Below, piece after piece: positions 57,879 through 64,000 of a stretch of DNA of 64,000 nt. The notes below the pieces were generated by a model that saw only the letters and a program-made list of their open reading frames with translations, was not told the origin of the DNA and searched no databases. How positions within the stretch are numbered: position 1 is the first letter of the stretch; each line of letters opens with the position of its first letter. The DNA comes from an uncultured Candidatus Micrarchaeota archaeon (lineage in GTDB: Archaea > Micrarchaeota > Micrarchaeia > Burarchaeales > Fermentimicrarchaeaceae). The DNA lies in the NCBI GenBank assembly GCA_963760615.1, contig CAVXDX010000003.1, forward strand, positions 64,001 to 128,000, read 5' to 3'. A program made the position numbers and the translations under genes.

Positions 57879-58309
57879 GAAAAGGAGTTATTTTCACCCT
57901 TGACGCGCTCGTTGCTGTCGTTATAGCAGTAATGGCACTCGCCATACTCATGCAAATGGTGAGCCTTAAGACTGGAGAGTGGTACAAGGAAATTGCACTC
58001 TACAACTCGGCTCAGGACATTCTCACCTCAAAGGACAAGGATGGCACCCTGGGAAGTATATTCGGCACCTCTGATGCAGTTGCGGTATACAATCTCAACA
58101 ATTCGATCGCATCCCAGCTACCCAGCAACATGGTGGCCAGGATGAACGTAAGCGTCTACAATTATCAATCCAATTCTTTTGTATGCGTCAGGAACCTGAC
58201 TGCTGGGCAGAGCGGGACAACGCCGATTAAAAGCGTTGTTAGGAGAGTTTTCACAGATCCGCCGAACAATAATTACAGTGTTGTGGTTATGGAAGTGTGG
58301 TACCGATGA
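57875..58309 (+). CDS. Minor pilin-like protein
   Basis: RKG/VIFTLDALVA class III signal; ends in VVMEVWYR; ATGA-coupled to the previous gene. Confidence 0.8.
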   Translation: MRKGVIFTLDALVAVVIAVMALAILMQMVSLKTGEWYKEIALYNSAQDILTSKDKDGTLGSIFGTSDAVAVYNLNNSIASQLPSNMVARMNVSVYNYQSNSFVCVRNLTAGQSGTTPIKSVVRRVFTDPPNNNYSVVVMEVWYR

Positions 58310-59199
58310 GAAGAGGTTTCATGCTCACTGCCATCACCGTAGTGCTCTTTATGGTGTTGATTGATACGGCATTCCAGTACTCGAAGAGTTCTTCAGCCTT
58401 CTCAAAGAGAATTTCAGAGATGATTGTCTCGGAGAAGGTGAGCTATACCTTTGATGATATAACAGAAGATATAACCAACATAGTCGGTCTCAGAGTAACA
58501 CAGCAGGCGTCGGATTTGATAATAGAGGATTCAATGCCTGGAGCAAACATAACAAACAATCTTGCGCGCTATGAGAATTTTGTAAGGAGCTACTACCTAA
58601 CCCCTGAGATTGAGGCAAAATTCATGAATGCAAATGACCAGCAGATAAGTCTAAACTCCCTCTCAACGAACATGTATCTAAGCCCCTTCAATCTGAGCTA
58701 TGGCTACCAGGATTTTGGGAAAAATAATACTCTAATACAAGTTCCGCTGTCGCAATCAACTGGAGTGCAATACATGTGGTACAATATAAGCGTCACAAGC
58801 GGCAACTTCTCAAATGTCTCAGGTATAAGCTGGAACCCTCCACCCCTCCCATGCGTGCCGGGTACACCAGGCTGCATGAGGTTTTACCTGGCGATAAACG
58901 ACAGTTTCAATAACCAGTACATCGGGGATACCTATACTTATTTTGATATGACGCAGCGTGCCGGGTACATGAACATAAGTTTCGTCAACCAGACCTGCTA
59001 CATGGAGATTCAGGTTGCAAATCAGTACCTGCTCAACCTCACCAATCACGGATGCAACATAACAACTTACATTGGGTTCAACTTCAACAGCAGTAACTTG
59101 GGGGTTTACTTCCCGGAAAAACTGAGCATCAGGGATACAAATTATAACACTCTAAAGAAGGACAATATAAATGTCGTTGTAACGAGGCTGCTGAGGTAG
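58306..59199 (+). CDS. Pilin-like secreted glycoprotein
   Basis: RRG/FMLT class III-like signal; many sequons; ATGA-coupled. Confidence 0.7.
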   Translation: MRRGFMLTAITVVLFMVLIDTAFQYSKSSSAFSKRISEMIVSEKVSYTFDDITEDITNIVGLRVTQQASDLIIEDSMPGANITNNLARYENFVRSYYLTPEIEAKFMNANDQQISLNSLSTNMYLSPFNLSYGYQDFGKNNTLIQVPLSQSTGVQYMWYNISVTSGNFSNVSGISWNPPPLPCVPGTPGCMRFYLAINDSFNNQYIGDTYTYFDMTQRAGYMNISFVNQTCYMEIQVANQYLLNLTNHGCNITTYIGFNFNSSNLGVYFPEKLSIRDTNYNTLKKDNINVVVTRLLR

Positions 59200-60168
59200 C
59201 TACCACTTTACCTCAACTTCATCAACCCTCATCTTCTGAACAACTCTGCACTCTGCGAGTTTCATCCTCACTCCTGCTTCGTGCATAAGATTCCCTGTCA
59301 ATGCTATCATTGCCCCGTTGTCCGCATTAAACTGTCCCTCGGTAACAAAAAGCCTGCAGCTATGAGGCTTGGCCATTTCTCTCAGCATCTCCTGCAGCCT
59401 GCCATTCTGGGCGACTCCACCACAGAGTATAAGCTCCTTGCTTCTTGTCAATGCCAAGGCCCTCTCCGTAGCCTCAACGAGCATTGAGAAAGCAGTTTCC
59501 TGCAAGGAGTAGCACACGTCCTCCTTCCTATGTGTTCTCAAGCTATTCTGTGCCTCCGTGAGAAGCCCTGTAAAAACCAGGTCCATACCCTTCACTGAGT
59601 AGGGCAATGGAATGTACCTACCATCCCGCGCCATCTTCTCAATGACGGAACCGTGGGCGTGCTTCAACCCCATGTTCCTGCCAACGGAGTCTATAAGGTT
59701 CCCGAGGCCAATGTCAAGAGTTTCTCCCATCACCCGGTACCTTCTATCCTCAAGGATTATTATCTGAGTGTTTCCTCCACTCACATACACCACAAGCGGG
59801 TTCTTGCATCCGCAGAGTGCCCTCACTATTTCAATGTGAGCCAAGGCGTGGTTAACCCCAATTATGGGTTTATTAAGCATTTGAGCCATCGTTTTTGCTC
59901 CGACAAGTCCAATTTTCAAGCATGCCCCCAAGCCTGGTCCCATGGTGAAAGCTACCAGCCCAATCTCTCTGAGTTCTACTCCGCTTGTATCGAGTGCTCT
60001 TTCCAGTACTGGCTCAAACTCTTTTGAGAGGAAATCCGCAGCCTTTCTAGGGTGTATGCCAGCGTATTTTGGCTGGTAAGTGCTCCTCTCATTGGCAAGC
60101 ACCTTCCTGTCATCCACTATCCCAATGCCCATTGTATGCGCGCTGCTTTCCATACCGATGCATATCAT
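59200..60168 (-). CDS. kae1: KEOPS t6A synthase Kae1
   Basis: ESSAHT.G, GPGLG, NH...HIE, SGGNTQ, GET.D..LGN, DNGAMIA. Confidence 0.96.
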   Translation of the reverse strand: MICIGMESSAHTMGIGIVDDRKVLANERSTYQPKYAGIHPRKAADFLSKEFEPVLERALDTSGVELREIGLVAFTMGPGLGACLKIGLVGAKTMAQMLNKPIIGVNHALAHIEIVRALCGCKNPLVVYVSGGNTQIIILEDRRYRVMGETLDIGLGNLIDSVGRNMGLKHAHGSVIEKMARDGRYIPLPYSVKGMDLVFTGLLTEAQNSLRTHRKEDVCYSLQETAFSMLVEATERALALTRSKELILCGGVAQNGRLQEMLREMAKPHSCRLFVTEGQFNADNGAMIALTGNLMHEAGVRMKLAECRVVQKMRVDEVEVKW

Positions 60169-60172
60169 CTTA

Positions 60173-60967
60173 TCACTTGCCGTAGTAAAGCATCACAATT
60201 GCAACATTTATGAAATTAAACGTAGCATGGGCGAATATTGAGGGTATGACTGACTTCCTTGCTTTGCATAGGAGCGCGAATATTAAACCGGCTGTGAAGG
60301 CTGCGATGAATTCCATTTTAGAATCGTAAGAATAGTGCGCCAATGCAAAAAGCAGTGTTGAAATAATAATCCCAAAACCAGTGTGTACATATTCGAGACT
60401 GCTGAGCAGGAATCCCCTGAAGAAAATTTCCTCAGCAATTGGGCCGATGGTGAATGAAAAAATTAGTATATACAGTGGTAATCCACTCATTATCATTGAC
60501 ACCTTCCCCGCCTCCTCAAGGTGCAGCAAGAATATGACCACAATAGCCTCTGCAATTATCAGCGGGCCGACAAGAAACAAAGTTGTCGCAACCCCTAAAA
60601 CTGCATTCATCAGAAGCCCATCCCTCTTTAGACCGAGGTATCCAAAAGTTTTTTCCAAACTCCGAAGTTGGAACTCAACATCCCATACGAATGGAAAGGA
60701 GAGGAAAGCTGTTGAAAGAACTATGGCTGAAGCATAGGGAACACGCATCAAAAACAGCAATAAAGCTGCATATAGCCAAACAAACCAAATTCCCGCAGCT
60801 CTTCCGTACCTCTTACCTACCTCAACAGTGCATACGACAAGCGCAAAACCTAGAACCGGAATAGCAATGAAAAGAGGCAATCCTTTTATGAGGGCTGTTA
60901 AGATGGCGAATATGGAACTAAAAAATAGAAGCAGAGCGAGTATGCGAAAGGTTCTCTCATTCTGCAT
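60173..60967 (-). CDS. CPBP (CAAX/Abi) intramembrane protease
   Basis: PIAEEIFFRG, FALAHY, HATFN. Confidence 0.9.
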   Translation of the reverse strand: MQNERTFRILALLLFFSSIFAILTALIKGLPLFIAIPVLGFALVVCTVEVGKRYGRAAGIWFVWLYAALLLFLMRVPYASAIVLSTAFLSFPFVWDVEFQLRSLEKTFGYLGLKRDGLLMNAVLGVATTLFLVGPLIIAEAIVVIFLLHLEEAGKVSMIMSGLPLYILIFSFTIGPIAEEIFFRGFLLSSLEYVHTGFGIIISTLLFALAHYSYDSKMEFIAAFTAGLIFALLCKARKSVIPSIFAHATFNFINVAIVMLYYGK

Positions 60968-60971
60968 CCTA

Positions 60972-61109
60972 CTACCTTTTCATCTCCAGATAGCCGCATT
61001 TCCCACAGGAGAACCTGTCCTTATGATCCGCCAGGTGCACCCCCCCACCGCATTTTGGGCACGAGCGCCTTGGCTTGTATGATTTTACAACTTTCTTTTT
61101 CTCAGCCAC
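60972..61109 (-). CDS. rps27ae: Ribosomal protein eS31 (S27Ae), not in the ORF track
   Basis: GTG start; [45 protein letters not shown]; follows rps24e. Confidence 0.92.
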   Translation of the reverse strand: MAEKKKVVKSYKPRRSCPKCGGGVHLADHKDRFSCGKCGYLEMKR

Positions 61110-61440
61110 TCTTCTCACCCTTCTCCTCCTTTGCAGGAGCTTTCTGCTCAACCTTCTTCTCTTTCTTCACCCCGGCGTCTCTCTCAAGCTTGTGCTTGCT
61201 CTCTATTCCCATTGCCTCCTTACTGGCATAGAATTTCGCATATCCCTTCAACTCCTGGCTGCCGAACCCCTGCTCAAGGATGTCTATAACGGCAAGCGAG
61301 CCATCAGCTCCAAGCTTTGAGCAGAGCGACTCCTTGACTTCCTTCCTGCTCGGAGTTGGGCCCAAGAAGCTTGCTATGAATCTAACCTCATTTCTTTTCA
61401 GAACCGGATTATCCCTCTGCTCGGTTATTTTAATATCCAT
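61102..61440 (-). CDS. rps24e: Ribosomal protein eS24
   Basis: [18 protein letters not shown]...GYAKFY. Confidence 0.92.
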   Translation of the reverse strand: MDIKITEQRDNPVLKRNEVRFIASFLGPTPSRKEVKESLCSKLGADGSLAVIDILEQGFGSQELKGYAKFYASKEAMGIESKHKLERDAGVKKEKKVEQKAPAKEEKGEKSG

Positions 61441-61442
61441 AT

Positions 61443-61838
61443 TCAACCCCTCACTCTAGTTATGATTTTCCTTCCCATACTGTCCATGTACTCAACTTCT
61501 TTACCCGCTACTACCTCATTCTTAAGATCCTGCGGAATTGCCATATCAAATGTGCTGTAGTCCTCCAGGTCCATTATCTGGGCGCTCTCCCCAGTGATTG
61601 ACACCACCTGGCCAGCCTTCCTTTCGATTACCGGTATTTTAACGTCAGCATCCGATGGCTTGAGCAGAGTTTTCTTCTGCCCGTCAAATATGCCAATTGC
61701 CGTAACCCTCATCTTTGCAGCCCCATGCTTACCTGGCGCTGAGCTTTCAATCTCCACAATTCTGCATGGAATGTCATCTATGATGACATATTTCCCGACT
61801 TTCAGGTCTTTCATTACTCCAAATATCTCATCACTCAT
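61443..61838 (-). CDS. eif5a: Translation factor aIF5A
   Basis: SAPGKHGAAK hypusine loop; QIMDLEDY. Confidence 0.95.
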   Translation of the reverse strand: MSDEIFGVMKDLKVGKYVIIDDIPCRIVEIESSAPGKHGAAKMRVTAIGIFDGQKKTLLKPSDADVKIPVIERKAGQVVSITGESAQIMDLEDYSTFDMAIPQDLKNEVVAGKEVEYMDSMGRKIITRVRG

Positions 61839-61889
61839 TGCCAACACCTACCTATCACTTTTTTAACTTTCTAATTTTTAAACATTCTC

Positions 61890-62636
61890 ATGGAATTTAT
61901 CGACTCCCACTGCCATCTTGACGCATTCAAGAATTATGATGAGGTAATCTCAAAAGCATTGAAAGCTGGAGTTAAAGCAATAGTAACATCCGGCTGCTCT
62001 GGCAAGGATAACATGAAGACGCTGGAGATAGCGCGGAAATACCCAAATTACGTCTTCCCAGTCATTGGGATAGCGCCTCAGGAAGCAATGTATATGGGTA
62101 GTTTTGATTCGGCTGTATCATTTCTAAAAGAAAATAAAGCAGGGGTTGTGGGTGTGGGCGAGATAGGGCTTGACTTCCACTGGGGGAAGACTCCTGAACA
62201 GATATCAAAACAGCGCGAATGCTTCGAGCTTTTCCTTGATTATGCAATATTCGAGAAACTTCCTCTTGTTGTACACTCAAGGGAGGCTGAAAAAGAAGTG
62301 CTTGAGGTCATAATGAAGAAGGGTGCAGAAAAGGTGTTGCTGCACTGCTTCTCGGGAGATTCCTCCCTTGCGGAGACGGCGGCAGAGCACGGCTTCCTCA
62401 TATCAGTCCCGCCTGTCCCATCCATTACAAGGGAAAAGGTAATTAAGCACATACCACTTGAAAACTTATTGCTGGAAACTGATGCTCCCTATCTGGGGAA
62501 GGAGCCTTCGGAGGTCAATGGCGCAGCCCAGCTGGTTGCGAGCATTAAGGAGTTGGAGGTGGAAGAGGTTTCCAAAGCTACTACAAAGAGCTGCATGGCT
62601 CTGTTTAACTTGGGGGGTTTGGATGGCAGTGATTGA
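61890..62636 (+). CDS. tatD: TatD family hydrolase
   Basis: DSHCH, GEIGLDF, VHSR, HCFSG, ETDAPY. Confidence 0.94.
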   Translation: MEFIDSHCHLDAFKNYDEVISKALKAGVKAIVTSGCSGKDNMKTLEIARKYPNYVFPVIGIAPQEAMYMGSFDSAVSFLKENKAGVVGVGEIGLDFHWGKTPEQISKQRECFELFLDYAIFEKLPLVVHSREAEKEVLEVIMKKGAEKVLLHCFSGDSSLAETAAEHGFLISVPPVPSITREKVIKHIPLENLLLETDAPYLGKEPSEVNGAAQLVASIKELEVEEVSKATTKSCMALFNLGGLDGSD

Positions 62637-63081
62637 TAAACTGAGGTCATTAGTAAAGCAGAAGGAGGAGAAGAATATCGCGCTGCTAGTTGACGGGCCG
62701 AATGTCATAAGGAAGGATGTGAATATAGATTTGGAAGGAGTGAAGAAGAAGGTTGAGAAATACGGCAGAATAAAGATATGCAAAGTCTTCCTGGACCAAT
62801 ACGCTTCCGATAAGCTCATAGAGGCAGTGACAAACCAGGGATATGAGCCTGTCATAACGACAGGCGATGTTGATGTGACCATGGCAGTATATGCAGTTGA
62901 GCAGGTTTTCAACCCCAGCATCCAGATACTGGCCCTTATGACGAGGGATATTGACTTCAGGCCTGTGATAGTTAAGGCAAAGGAAAAGGGGAAAGAGACC
63001 ATAGTCATTGGCGCTGACCCTGGCTTCAGCGTTGCCCTAAAGAAGACTGCAGACATTGTGATATTCGCGGATGCGCGCTGA
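62623..63081 (+). CDS. NYN domain protein (TIGR00288-like)
   Basis: VDGPN, GDVDV, TRDIDF.P, L...AD. Confidence 0.9.
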   Translation: MAVIDKLRSLVKQKEEKNIALLVDGPNVIRKDVNIDLEGVKKKVEKYGRIKICKVFLDQYASDKLIEAVTNQGYEPVITTGDVDVTMAVYAVEQVFNPSIQILALMTRDIDFRPVIVKAKEKGKETIVIGADPGFSVALKKTADIVIFADAR

Positions 63082-63137
63082 GAAAGGTTTATAAAGTGCG
63101 GAACGGATAGATATTCATTGTTTTTTAGAGGTGAACC

Positions 63138-63362
63138 ATGACAGAGAAAAGACCTTTTGATGTTCTGAATGGAGCTCTTGGAGGCTCTGTGCTTCTGAAG
63201 CTCAAGGGCGGAGTTGAGGTGAGGGGCACAATGGCATCGTATGACGTGCACATGAACATTGTGCTTGAAAACGCCGAGCAGTTGGAGAATGGAGAGGTGA
63301 AGAGGAAGCTCGGCACAATGCTTGTGAGAGGAGACAACATAGTCTTTATATCCCCTTCCTGA
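63138..63362 (+). CDS. Sm-like protein (Lsm/SmAP1)
   Basis: RPFDVL, RG....YDVHMNIVL, VRGDNIVFISP. Confidence 0.95.
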   Translation: MTEKRPFDVLNGALGGSVLLKLKGGVEVRGTMASYDVHMNIVLENAEQLENGEVKRKLGTMLVRGDNIVFISPS

Positions 63363-63404
63363 AAGACCACCAAATTAGAATCTCTACAAGTATTTTAAAC
63401 TAGT

Positions 63405-63854
63405 TTAAATTCTGAAGTCATTCCCTATTGTTTCATATGCCCTCTTGCTGTCGTTCCAGTTCAGTATGAGGATTGCAGAGTCAAAGCTTGTGGATATGCT
63501 TACTATATTTATTTTCTTCTTGCTGAGCACGCCAGCCAGCTTCTCTATCACGCCCGCCTTGTTCATGAACTCTCTCCCAGTGACCGTCACCATGCCAAGA
63601 TTTCTCATTATTGAAAGAGCGCCAAATGACGATGTTTTTGAAACAATCTCCTCGAGGGCATCCCTCGCCTTCTCCATATCTGCGTCATCAACGAAGAAGC
63701 TCATTGAGTATTCCCCCATGGACATGCAGTAGATGTTTATCATCTTTGCAGAAAGAGCCGATGAGAACTTTGCCACTACGCCTGGGGTTACTCTTACTCT
63801 CTCACCTGTTAAGGATAAGGAACTCACCGGTCGCTTGTAGAGCTTCAAATCCAT
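63405..63854 (-). CDS. Stand-alone tandem ACT-domain protein
   Basis: TPGVVAKFSSAL..MINI...S.GEYSMSFFV repeated as AGVIEKLAGVL..KKINIVSISTS. Confidence 0.8.
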   Translation of the reverse strand: MDLKLYKRPVSSLSLTGERVRVTPGVVAKFSSALSAKMINIYCMSMGEYSMSFFVDDADMEKARDALEEIVSKTSSFGALSIMRNLGMVTVTGREFMNKAGVIEKLAGVLSKKKINIVSISTSFDSAILILNWNDSKRAYETIGNDFRI

Positions 63855-63912
63855 TCTTCCACAGATTAGTATTAAATAATAACTTATTTAAAAATCTACT
63901 GCAAGTTACGAA

Positions 63913-63998
63913 GGGCTCGTAGCTCAGTAGCAGAGCGTTCGCTTGGCGAATTATTTCCAAAATGCGAAAGGCCGCGGGTGCGACTCCCGCCGAGTCCA
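63913..63998 (+). tRNA. tRNA-Ala(GGC) with a 14-nt intron at 37/38 (63949..63962)
   Basis: Acceptor GGGCTCG/CGAGTCC with G3:U70 and A73; anticodon stem TTCGC/GCGAA; TTGG pairs with intron CCAA (BHB-like); upstream TATA. Confidence 0.92.
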
Positions 63999-64000
63999 CT

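Noticed and set aside
61040-61046. C7 homopolymer in rps27ae as a frameshift or phase-variation site
   Set aside because: The frame is intact (GGT GGG GGG GTG); it simply encodes Gly-Gly-Gly-Val.
1-64000. Stop-codon reassignment, CRISPR arrays or IS elements
   Set aside because: TAA, TAG and TGA all terminate conserved genes at expected positions; I saw no regularly spaced repeats, transposase motifs or terminal inverted repeats with target duplications.

Overview
Archaeal chromosomal window, inferred to be a DPANN lineage and most similar to Micrarchaeota. The inference rests on the S-layer and pilin signal-peptide styles and the compact gene set; it has not been tested phylogenetically. 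Most of the window is housekeeping: aRF1, SerRS, PyrH, Dph2, PpsA, uL16 and TtuA/TtuB; an almost intact exosome superoperon (eL15 ... Rpp30-Pop5-PsmA-SBDS-Rrp4/41/42-eL43-RpoP-Brix-Pcc1-PfdB-DHH); Mre11; acetyl-CoA synthetases of both AMP- and ADP-forming types; glycosyltransferases; the HMG-CoA synthase/thiolase/DUF35 cluster; TsaC, TrmJ, SepF, Cdc6, RpoE'/Spt4, TyrRS, NadE, Kae1/Bud32, eS24/eS31/aIF5A, TatD, NYN, Lsm and an intron-containing tRNA-Ala(GGC). I found no CRISPR array, transposase, integrase or reverse transcriptase. The most interesting signals concern the cell surface and non-coding DNA. (1) Two tandem major-pilin genes are identical except for a ~30-nt patch, although their spacer holds a decayed copy of the dph2 3' end, which suggests an old duplication kept identical by gene conversion with a variable loop. 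(2) A translationally coupled minor-pilin operon has a first gene with a vWA/MIDAS domain nested inside the pilin fold. (3) A structured, promoter-bearing antisense ncRNA candidate lies between pop5 and psmA. (4) Three copies of a GTTGTCA-N6-TGACAAC palindrome lie around an orphan cassette. (5) An S-layer-linked pair of membrane glycoproteins shares a 4-Cys domain. Also notable are a methanogen-type SerRS, an eS26 homologue and several small genes missed by the ORF track. All protein calls come from motif recognition by eye; no database searches were run.
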